A stretch of DNA of 64,000 nucleotides, taken from Ostrea edulis (Eukaryota). The position numbers and the translations under genes are program-made. A model generated the notes under the pieces. It did not search any database. It was not told where the DNA came from and saw only the letters and a list, made by a program, of their open reading frames with translations. This document shows, piece after piece, positions 11,549 through 22,571 of this stretch; position 1 is the first letter of the stretch, and every line of letters begins with the position of its first letter. The stretch spans positions 61,690,001 to 61,754,000 of the forward strand of contig NC_079167.1 in the NCBI RefSeq assembly GCF_947568905.1, in the 5' to 3' direction.

Positions 11549-13121
11549 ATGTATGCGATACAATATGTTGTAAAATACGAGTACGATTTATAACGTAATT
11601 TGAAACGAGACAAAAATGATATTCCCGAGATATAGAATAGAATTTAAGAACTGTGCATAAAACGTTAAATGTAGTACAGTGTAAGGAATGCACGCTTTTC
11701 ACTGGATTCGGTAGTGTCTGTAAGATCTAGCCGGTTCCCCGCTATCAGTTATTAACGTCTTCGCTAGCCAAGTATCCAATTTGATTGGCTTGTTTTTTGG
11801 GAGATGAGAGAAAATGAATTGGAAACTTTGCTAGCGGAAGATAATTATGTGTTGCAATTCTCTCACAAGAGTTAGAAATGTGAATAGTAAATACACGTGT
11901 TCAAAACCGAAGTTGTAGCTTGAAAACTGTGAAAGCAAGTGTTAATAGTCCAGACACCGCACGTACTAAAAATAACAACTAAGTTTGACAACTAGGCATT
12001 TGTGGTATTAAAAAAAAGTTACAAAAAATCTTATTTCTGATAACTTACACAAATTGACTATATATAATGATATATCAAAGGTAACAAAAACTCTAACTTG
12101 CAACAACCCCCCCCCCCCTTTCCCTGCATACTGGTAGTATATCATTTTTGCTTGAAAACTGTTAAGGGTACATGGAGTGTCAAATGAGTATAAAAACATT
12201 TGAAGAAATCATCAATTCAATTATTGTGCGCAATAATTGAATCAATGCGCGCATCAATTCAACCCATTAGAGCAATAATTTAGTTGATGCGAGCAATAAT
12301 TATTCATTCGATGATATACGCACATTAATTAAATTGATGCGCGCATGAAATCAATTATTGCTCTCGTCAATTCAAATGATACGCGCATCAATATGGTGGA
12401 AATATTAACTAGTGAATTTTGAGCTCGGTATAAATGATTTGATGATCTCTTGATCATCAAATTGAGTTAGACATGGAAGTGTAGAAAGAAACTAAAACGA
12501 AATATAGACCACTCTGTAAATTATGATTCGATTATTGTACTTTAGGAAGACTCTTGGGCTATATGTTTGTTAAACTGGTTATAGATTATGATTTATAAAC
12601 TAATGTTGGGTGCAGTTTCTGAAGTCTGTTTTATGTATGTTGTTTGAAATGTACATAATTTTTGTTTTTATATTTTAATACGCGTTCGGCTTAATTTTCA
12701 GTCGTTTCCGCAAGACAAACCGGGTCAAAAGGTCATGTGATAAAAGTGAACAGGTCCGTTTCCCGGATGCCCGACACAAACGCGCCAAAAGATGCAAAAA
12801 TGCAAAATACATTGTATATATTCATATGATTTCATCGTATCCGGTATCATCAGCCGAAATGACGTACACTATTGTACAACATTACAACTGAATTAGTCAA
12901 ATGTTATCAGTTCTCCCTAAATCATACGCCTGAAAATATTTGCATCTCAGAGAAAATAGTGAAAAAAATATTCATAGAATAGATATACTGTGTAGTGAAG
13001 ACGATGGGAACTACTTGTAAATAGCGAAGAATGGAGACAACAGAAAAAGTTTATTCTTTGGAATGGTCACGTGACTGTCACATGAATTACCGATGGTCAA
13101 GTCAAAGTTGTTTGTAAAAAG

Positions 13122-14335
13122 AAAGGTGAAGATAACGAACATTGATCAATCTCATAAATCCCATAAGCAATACACACACAAAAAAATACTTGGGCAAACA
13201 CGGACCCCTAGGTGCCTAGGAGGAGTAAGCATCCCCTGTCGACAGGTCACGCCCGCCGTGAGCCCTATATCTTGATCAGGTAAACGGAGCTATCCGTAGT
13301 CAAAATCAGTGTGCCATGAACGGTCTAACAATCGGTATGAAACACGTCAGACAGCATTTGACCCAATGATAGATTGTATTGGCAAACTAGATCGTTATAA
13401 CGACCATAGAATTTGCGAAATGCTGACTTTAAATTAGACTGTTGAAACGCCTGTACCATCAACTTGCTTGTCAGTAGCTTACCTCGATTTAAAAACTGAC
13501 AATACGCAGAACAAGCTCTTGCGTATCGAATCAGCTGAGAGATATAAATTCCATATGCAGGGAATATTGTTGTATAAATATGGGAAGTTGACAATGGAGA
13601 AGCTGAAATTATCCCGTTTGTCATAAAGTTGAATTGTTAGTTTGCCGTTAATATCTACTTTCAATAAGATATCTAAGTATGAAGCAAAAGTGGACGACTC
13701 TGTGGTGTATTTTATTTCGAGCTTGCAGGGATATATCGAATCGACATATGAATGAAAGTTATTATTGTTAATAGATAAAACGTCGTCGATGTATTTAAAT
13801 GCCTTTCTTTTTTCTTCTTTTGATGTTTTCTGCCACACTCAACAATTTGTCAGTTATATGGTGGCGCCCAGTTTTTTTTTTTAGTGGAAGAGAGAACCCA
13901 GATACAATGTACCTGGGAAGAGACCGCCGACCTTCCGAAAGTAAACTGGGAAACTTTCTCACTTACCGGCGCGAGCGGGATTCGAACCCGCGCCGTCAGA
14001 GGTGAGAGGCCGTGTGATATTGAGCTCAACACTCTAACCACTCGGCCACGGAGGCCCATATTTAAATGTCGAATTGAAGGCCACACTTAGCAAGATATTT
14101 TTCTTTCTCACGTAGAAGTTTGTGAATAAATTCTGCTTCATATGAATATAAAAACAGGTAAGCTAACAAAGGAGCACAATTTGTTTCCATGGGATTTCTG
14201 ACAGACTGTTGGAAGACTTGATCACCAAAGACCATGAAGATATTGTCAATGAGGAACGAACTCTAGCATATTATTTTATTTCAACTTCAGAATACTTGTG
14301 CGTGGAGTCAGAGTGGTGTTTAACAAAGTAATATA
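13122..14335 (-). mobile_element. 5'-truncated Penelope-like retroelement (probably Naiad clade), RT core and thumb plus 3' UTR, interrupted by a SINE
   Basis: Degenerate RT: IDNIF.VFGDQVFQQSV..PM.TNCAPLL..LFLYSYEAEF (about 14100-14250), then KYIDDVLSINN...YLDI...LYDKRDNF...YISQLIRYARACS...FRKFYGRY...DVFHTDC*. No endonuclease follows the RT. Confidence 0.8.
13802..14058 (-). mobile_element. Full-length tRNA-derived SINE inserted in the Penelope-like RT
   Basis: Head GGGCCTCCGTGGCCGAGTGGTTAGAG...GGTTCGAATCCC, A-rich tail, 10-bp TSD TATTTAAATG (13792-13801 and 14059-14068). Confidence 0.85.
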
Positions 14336-15125
14336 TAAAAAACGATTTTCAAAAAACCAAATAATCTTGGTTAAAGCAGTCTGATAATATAAGGGATGTC
14401 TGATATTCTTATACATGTAAATGCAATACATGCGAAGAGTTAACAGTATTTACATCAAGTACACAAAAGTTGTCGAAACATCAGACCATACAGAGTTTGC
14501 TTTAAGTTTGATAGTTGATTTTTCCATTTTGGAGTTTGATATCATTTGTGGGAGGTGAAGTTCTAATTCGTTTTTAAAAATTAAGATTTCTTTTACATCC
14601 CAATAGAAATGTCTTAATGATTATAAATGTATCTACTTGGTTGTATTTTGGTTTTTTTTATTGGTTTTTTTTTTTTTTTTTTTTTTTTATCGTTTGGTGT
14701 GGGTTTTTTTAATGTTTTGTTGTTTGTTTATTTTCTTTCAATGTTTGCTTATAGGAACGACATTTACGACATCTAGCTAGTTTGTGATATGAAATTTAAA
14801 ACATGTCGTGAAATGTTCTATAAATATGACTTCACAAATGACACCATATTACGTGACATAATGTTTTGCATGGGGCGATAAGAAAATTAAGCTTTTCAAA
14901 CTGAATTTCGCTAAACACACTTAACATGATGCCATCTTGAGAATACAGCGACTAGAGAACTCGAATATTTACAAAGTAAGCCGCTTATGTTGTCACTCCA
15001 ACATCTCATTCCGTGTAGAAGGCAAATTAATATAAATACTAATCGGATGGCATTTATTGTCAACTCAAAATCAATGACACAAGAATTTCAAGAATAGCAA
15101 ATGCCATAAACAATATGGTGCTACA

Positions 15126-18100
15126 ATGGAGAAGATAGAATGTAGGATGTTTCGAAGTGACACTGCCTACCTTTTGTATCTTCAACAAAAGACGAAAGCA
15201 GAACGTAAAGACGGTAGGGCAATGAACACTCGTTTCTTTGAATGCTTGCTAATATCTGACAGAATCGTACGACTGTGTGCATATGAATAATCTTTTCATG
15301 TCTTTAGCATTGCCATGTATAGTGTATCGCTTAAAACTTTCAGCTGTAGCTTGACAGATTTTAAAGCGTTATGTACATCAATAAAAATATATTTCTATAC
15401 TTGAAAAAAAACCCATATCATTAAATAATGCGTAAAACATTCTATCTGACAGAATCTAGCATTATTCTAATCCATTGCTTTTAGGGCTCGATCTTAATTA
15501 AGTCTCGCAGATTTTTTTTCCCTTCTTATTCAAGAACTCGAAAAAAACACATCGAAGGAGAAAAAGGCTGTGGTTTATAAGGACGAGTGCCGTCGACATG
15601 GGGTTTCTTGCCTCTCTAGGTTTATCCGCCAGATCGAATTTTCCAACATTGATATGTCTAATGCACGCCTTAACAGTTTGGAGGTTCTGACCATCTTCAA
15701 CACGATAAAGGTATCGAAAACTAGCAATAAATACAAGTGACCACAGTGATTATACCGAGCATATACATGGGTATGTGTGGATCCAGAAATTTTCTTAAGA
15801 AGTGGGTTCCACCCCATGTTTTTGTAGGGACCCAGTCAAAACTAAGGAACAGCATTTATATTTTACCACTGGAAGTGCATAAAATAGACAAATATGTTCA
15901 TTTTTACGAATCTCATGGGATCCTGGGTTCGGATCCTCATTCCACCAACTATAGGCGCTCCTAACAGCCTTAAGATATTTTTGAATTTAAAAAGAAAATG
16001 GGGAAAATTTGTACTGTAATGAAAATTGCACGGTACGATAATGAAAATCTCCAAACATTTTTGTTGATAGAAGGCGGTGATCATTCAGAAAATTTATATA
16101 CATGTAATAATCTCCATGTACCAATGACGTAAAATTAAGACGATATATCGGTAATATTCTACAGAATGAAAATATAAAACCGCTATTTATTTGCTAGACT
16201 GATCACACATTACGGGAACTCAACCTCTCTGGAACTAACATGGATTGTCCCTCATACAAATATCTTTCCAATTTTCTGAGAAAAAATCATACTCTGTCAA
16301 ACCTGGTAAGTCTTTTCAAATTGCGAATATTTTCACTCTTCAATTTGTTTATTTAGGGTAAGATCTATGAACATTCTATTAAACATTATTTTAAAGGTAA
16401 AGAATTCAAAAAGTGACAATTAGTATATTACAGATAGTACAAAAATGTGCCATACATGGAGAGACCTTAAAGGCAATTGTTGCCAGCCTAATGACGTCAC
16501 ACATTACATTTCTGGATTTAGGAAGTAAGTGATTTGTATTGAAATCTTCTAAAACTTTGTTGATGAAGTAGTGCATGTATTTCGTAACCTATACGAATAT
16601 ATGCATGTGTATATTTCACTCTACGAGTGTAAAATAATGAATTGTATCAATAAATCACTGATAATATAAAATATTTGAGCACATGTTATGTATTTCCCAG
16701 ACAATGGCATACAAGACAACGACAGCGAAATATTGGCGGAAATACTGGTAAGCTTTGCAAGTTTTAAAATTCTAAACTAGTGTTGGAGAATTGTCATTGA
16801 AGTGAGAAAAGTGCGTAGAAGAGAAACAAAATCAAAGTTTGATAATACTAGGGAATCTCCAGAAGTGATTCTCTGTTTGATATGATCTTTAACACTAATT
16901 GATATAAAAGGTTAACGGCTTTAAAAGACAGTGGTTTTTTTTTTGTTCATTCAAGACCATGAAAACACTGAAAGAACTTTATTTAAGTCACAACAGATTG
17001 GAAACAAGAAATACAAAATCAATTGGGACTTCACTGGGTGAGTGAGATGGCTTCGTTAAACTTTATATGTTGAAATTGAGAGAATTTGCTTACTCTGACA
17101 ATCATTGATTTAAATTGCAAATGAAAAAGTACATAGTTTGATCCCAATCGCCAACTTTCTGCATGAAATTATAATTGATGTGCAAATGAATGACTTCGCA
17201 TGAAATTGTATCGCATATCACGGAATGATTTTCTCTTCCTATTCAAACTGCCTCAGCCTACAGCGCCTTGGAAACTTTAGACCTTTCTTGGAATCACATT
17301 CGTTTCATTGGAGCCATAGAAATTGCAAAAGGAATCAAAGTACGTACATCTATATAATAAGCAAAGACTCAATATTTGAAATTTCTTACTGAAAAATGCA
17401 TTTACAATGTCTATGCATCGCTGTTTTTGTCGTGGTAATGCTTTACTGAAATGAACTCAATTTAAATGTCTAACAGAAAAACCGGAAGTTACGACGACTA
17501 AATTTGTCATGGAATGGTTTCGGATTCGAGGGATGTGTTTCTCTTGCGGAAATGCTGGAAACTAACGATGTTCTCACAGATCTCGATCTCACAAACAACA
17601 GAATTCATCCACCAGCGTTGATAGCACTTATTCGAGGAGTAACACAAAATAGTTCCCTGAAAGTATTGAACGTATGCATACTTTATATACATTGTTCTTA
17701 AAGCAAGTCTATAATAGTAGAAGTATATATGGATAGTATTCAAAAATTGACATTTTGTTTTGTTATAGCTGAGTATGAATCCAATTCCCGCCTCGTACAC
17801 TTGCACGCTGCTTGGCACTATTCTGAAGAACACGTCCATTTATAAGTTGATATTAAAGGTATGGATTGTTTTCATCAATTCGAGTTATATTGACAAAATG
17901 TGTGGATATCATTGTTTCTGAAACGTTCAGATTGAAATAAAGAGCTATTGCGACTTTGTTATGGATGAACAAGTGAAGATAACGTTCAGTGATCAATTAA
18001 AAAGTGAACTTTATGTACGACGACTTTTTATAGCGAATTTATTCACTAGGTACAATAAAAAAAAAAGTACACTATTTGATGTTAGAAAGATTTGATTTTA

Positions 18101-19709
18101 TATCTATATTTTTAAAACATTTGTCAAGGACAAGGGGTTCTTTGCTGACGTTTAGTCTATTGTCCGTCTATTATACAATTATTTCCTTAACATCCACAAT
18201 TAATTTACGTATATCTTTAAATTAGCAGAATTTTGAACCTGTTGTAATTTTTAAAAAATCATTTCAACCAGTTTTTAGATATTTTTTATTTTACTGTTTG
18301 ATGGAAATGTGTTATTTTCTGATGTTGACATATACTTCTGTTTATGTATGTCTGACATCTTTAAAAAGTGACAACAAACACATTTTCTTTGATTATTGAT
18401 TTTTAAAATAAACCACATGTATAAAAAAGTGAAGATAACGAACATTGATTAATTTCATAAATCCTGTAAAGAATACAAAATTAAGAAAAGGGCAAACACG
18501 GACCTCAGGGCATACCAGAGGTGGAATCAGGAGCCTAGGAGTAAGCATCCCCTGGTCAGACCCACCATGAGCCCTATATCTTGATCAGGTAAACGGAGTA
18601 ATCCGTAGTCAAAATCATTACGTAAAAAACGGCCTAACATGCACGTCAGACAGCATTGGACCCAGTGATAGCATTGACAAATTAGATCATTATAACGACC
18701 ATAGAATTTTTGAAAAATTTGTTTAGACTAGAAAAACTACTGGATAGATACATGGATGTGTATTTTAGATATATCGTGAACTCTTTTGCAACTCTCAAAC
18801 TTTGAAAAATATACTTGTGTAAGGTGAGAGCTATATCATGAACTACAAATTGTACTACTAGATTGCGTACTAGTATTCAAAGAATTCCTGAAAGCCTTGA
18901 ACCAAATATTGCAATATTGGGTGTAAATGGATACTAGTACATTTACAGAAAAAAAAATCCTACTGCAAGTTTAACATGCTCTTCCCCTGCATTATCATAA
19001 TTTAATATACGATGGGCTTGAAATTTCAATAAATATCAAAATTTCAGAAAATAGTTGTAAATGAGGAGTTCGTGGACATTCTAAGAACTGTCAAACAGAC
19101 GAGACGGATTCACGTGGAGTACGAAATATGCCTTCCTGTTTCATCGGTAGACAGCCAGACGATGTCTAAACAGGTCAGGCCACCTAGGCTCTTCAACCTT
19201 GACCCACTTAATCTTCTTTTCATGCTGAAGGAGAAGAACAGAGCGCAGGACTTCTTTAACAAGATAAACAGAAACGGGGACGATGTGTTGTCTTATGAGG
19301 AATTCAGGGAGCTTTTCAAGGCAAGTTAGATATAAATCATGAATAGAATTAAAATAAACTTGAAAATGAAAATTATATGATAAAATGAATAAGGACAATA
19401 TTTCACGAATGCCCCACGGAAAGGTCTTGTCACAAGGGCTACTCATGTGAAATATCAAAGCTCTATCACTTACTGTTCAAAAGGTATTAGCAAGGTTAAA
19501 CTTTTGAAAAAGTAGGTCAAATTCCAAGGTCAAGGGTAAAAAATGTTGGTACCCACGGAAAGGTCTTGTCACAAGGAATTCTCATGTGAAATATCAAAAG
19601 CTCTATCACTTACTGTTCAAAAAGTATTTGCAAGGTTAAAGTTTTCAAAAAGTAGGTCAAACGTCAAGGTCACGGGGTCAAAAATGTTGGTACCCACGGA
19701 AAGGTCTTG

Positions 19710-19745
<36 letters not shown>

Positions 19746-19838
19746 TCACTAACTGTTCAAAAGTTATTAAGCAAGGTTAAAATTTCAAAAAGTAGGTCAG
19801 ACTCCAAGGTCAAGGTCACGGGGTCAAAAATGTATATA

Positions 19839-19893
<55 letters not shown>

Positions 19894-21934
19894 CTCACGG
19901 TGGGTGTGACCGGTCGACAGGTGATGCTTACTCCTCCTAGGAACCTGATCCCACCCCTGGTGAGTCCAGGGGTCCGTGTTTGCTCGGCTGTCTGTCTGTT
20001 TTGTATTGCTTATAGGAGTTATGGGATTGATCACTGTTCGTTATCTTCGCCTTTCATACTAGTAATAGTTACCTCCCAAAAACCAGGTCAACATTTACAA
20101 GTGCGAAAAATGTTCAGAGAATTATTAAGACTTGGAAAGTATAAAGGCGGATAAATATGATGAAAGTAGCTTAACTGGAACGATGGAAACTTGAGGAGGA
20201 ATGCTACAACAAAGAAACTTGATATGGATGAAAAGTGGAGGATATGTACAACAATATTTTGAAATTGAAACTTTCAAATTTACTTAATTTAGACAAAAAT
20301 ATAGTTGTAGCAGAAAGTAATCTGGATTGTTTTTTAACAACTCCTGTTGGGCTCGAAACCGCAATCGACAGATCTGCAGTAAGCACGACGGGGCTACTCT
20401 GCAATTAAAGGCAAATATTGTTGATATTTATATTTCAATTCTTGTTTTAAAAGGAGGTCAGCCATTATTACGTTTTACGAGGGCTGTTCGATATGTTATG
20501 TATCGATATCTCAAAAGCATTCGACTCAAACAGTGAAATGAACATTACATCCCTTCAAAGTATTCTCCGCGGTCTAAAATACATAATTTCAATCTCTGAA
20601 TCCATTTCTGAAATGCGTCACGGTACGCTGATTTAGGTAGACCTCTGAGGCACTGGCTGATGGCTGAGCCAAGGGCTTGTCGGAACTTGTAACGATGACC
20701 AGATAAAAACTTTTAAAGTTTTGGAAAAAGGAAAAAGTCGCATGAGCAAGATCTGGAGAGTATGATGGTTGTGGCAAAACGGTAACATTCTCCCGCTTCA
20801 AAAAGTCCTTCACAAGCTCAGATGTATGTGATGGAGCATTATCATGAAGTAGACGAACATGCCTAAATCCTGACACAGGGCGTCGTTTATGATAATATTT
20901 CTTTAACTGGGGCAAGAGGAGTTTCTTGAGTTCGCGATCGTATGGGCAAATATGAGGAAAGCTTGCATGGGTTTACCAGTGACATCCTCCATCAGTCAGT
21001 GCCTCAGAGGTCTACCTAAATCAGCGTACCGTGACGCATTTCAGAAATGGATTCAGAGATTGAAATTATGTATTTCAAACCGCGGAGAATACTTTGAAGG
21101 GATGTAATATTCACTATTTGAATCGAATGCGTTTGAGATATCATACCATACACATTACGTATCGAACATCCCTCGTACAAAGTTTCAATGCACATCCTCA
21201 TTATGCAAGGTGAAGATAACGAACAGTGATCAATCTCATAACTCCCACAAGCAATATAAAATAGAAGAAGTTCCAGTGAAAAGCTTTCATAGGAATTCGA
21301 TACTCTTCGCTCATTATTCTGACCCCCTGGACCTAAATCGAAAATGCTAAACCGTATTGCACATTTATGCCCAATCATATGTAAAAGGAACTTTGTTACC
21401 CCTTAAAATGACAGAGGGACAACAACAATAACAACGTTCTATATGATTTTAGAAACTTTTAAGGTTTTGTTAATACTGTTTGTGTGAAAAGTAATGATTA
21501 CTAAAACTAAAGGTAGTGCAAGACTTCAAATTGTATGTAATGTCTTGTTCAGAAAGCTGGTATTCCTGTGTCCCAATTAGTTCTGGATAAAATAATAGAA
21601 TTCATGGACCAAAACAAAGATGGAAACATTGATTTAAGGTAAGGATATCAACAATGTTTGTTTCCAAAACCTTGTTTATACGTACGTTTAATAACTAATT
21701 AAAGAAATGTAATACTGTATTAACAGTATTAAAAGAAATGTACAGATATGTAAATATAGATTCCAATTATTTTACAGCGAGTTTTTGGATGGCGATAAGA
21801 GAATTAAGAAAATTTCACGAGGGCAGGCAAAGGAAAACATGAGAAGAGAAAGTTACACAAAGTATTCACGCTCTTTCAGAAAAGCCAAGATTGATTCACA
21901 AACATTTCGTCTCAACATTGAAACCGACCAATAA
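15126..21934 (+). CDS. LRRC74A: LRRC74A-like leucine-rich repeat protein with C-terminal EF-hand pair, about 491 aa; exons 15126-15213, 15535-15710, 16198-16305, 16434-16524, 16701-16747, 16956-17037, 17257-17339, 17477-17671, 17769-17858, 19048-19320, 21553-21638, 21778-21934
   Basis: All exon phases join into one open frame. RI-type LRRs (LRELNLSGTN, ITFLDLGNNGI, LKELYLSHNRL, LETLDLSWNHI, LRRLNLSWNGF, LTDLDLTNNRI); EF-hand-like loops NRNGDDVLSYEEF and DQNKDGNIDLSEF. The start codon and the exact ortholog are less certain. Confidence 0.75.
18429..18715 (-). mobile_element. Penelope-like element 3' end fragment
   Basis: GTGAAGATAACGAAC...CACGTCAGACAGCA...TATAACGACCATAGAATTT, the same family as 13122. 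Confidence 0.75.
19412..19830. repeat. About 140-bp tandem satellite-like repeat x3 (Helentron-associated type)
   Basis: Units begin CCCACGGAAAGGTCTTGTCACAAGG at about 19412, 19552 and 19693. Confidence 0.8.
19890..20055 (+). mobile_element. Penelope-like 3' end abutting a (TA)n microsatellite (19842-19889)
   Basis: GGGCTCACGGTGGGTGTGACCGGTCGACAGG...GATCACTGTTCGTTATCTTCGCCTTT directly after the TA run. Confidence 0.8.
20478..21175. mobile_element. Fold-back mariner (D34D) derivative made of two inverted 3' ends with a captured HSPA12 exon fragment
   Basis: TA|CGAGGG...CCCTCG|TA. Arm 20478-20663 is the reverse complement of arm 20989-21175. Minus-strand transposase remnant KKYYHKRRP..VRLLHDNAP...YSPDLA(P)CDF gives D34D spacing once a 1-nt frameshift is repaired. 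Confidence 0.9.
20899..20991 (-). pseudogene. Captured fragment of HSPA12 exon 2
   Basis: Aligns to 24849-24942 with 5 substitutions and a 1-nt deletion (88 of 94 positions). Confidence 0.9.
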
Positions 21935-22309
21935 ATGGACTGGAAAAAATTGTTTATTTCGTAATTACAGCAATACTGTAATTACAAGAATAACTTGAAA
22001 AATACCATACAAACTAAATTCAATATTTAGGTTAACTAAAGTTTAGAAGAACTTAGTACGTTCATTTAAGGATTGACTTTCTTATGTTTTGGGTTGATGG
22101 GGGTGATTAATAAATTAGAATGCAATACACGTGGTAATTTTATATAATTATGTACAAGCATGCAATATTTACCACGTGCTCCAATCGATTGATCGCTCCC
22201 ATCTATAACAAAGGCTTGATTGTATTATTCATCACTTGAATACATTTGTTCATTTATATATATGTATATGTACACAAATATTAAACCGTTTTCAACATTT
22301 TCAAGTCAG

Positions 22310-22460
22310 CATGTATCACAGGTAACCTAGACGTCACGTGCAGTGAACATGTATCGCAGGTAATCTCAACATCATATGCAGTGAACATGTATGACAGGTA
22401 ACCTCAACGTCATGTGCAGTCAACATGTATGACAGGTAATCTCAACGTCATGTGCAGTTG
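22310..22460. repeat. 38-bp tandem repeat x4 between the convergent gene 3' ends
   Basis: CATGTATSRCAGGTAA... units at 22310, 22348, 22386 and 22424. Confidence 0.75.
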
Positions 22461-22571
22461 ATATGCATTATGCTGCGTTTATATCAGTGTATTCATATAT
22501 TGTGAAGTCAATGATTTATTGTAGACATGGCATTGAGAACTACATGTACATGTAATAGTCATTGCATATAT

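Noticed and set aside
13140-13320. SECIS element or hammerhead ribozyme in the Penelope-like 3' UTR
   Set aside because: A GTGA...TGAT pair exists, but I could not form a convincing helix II or apical AA loop, and found no CTGANGA...GAAA core by eye; left as a test, not a call.
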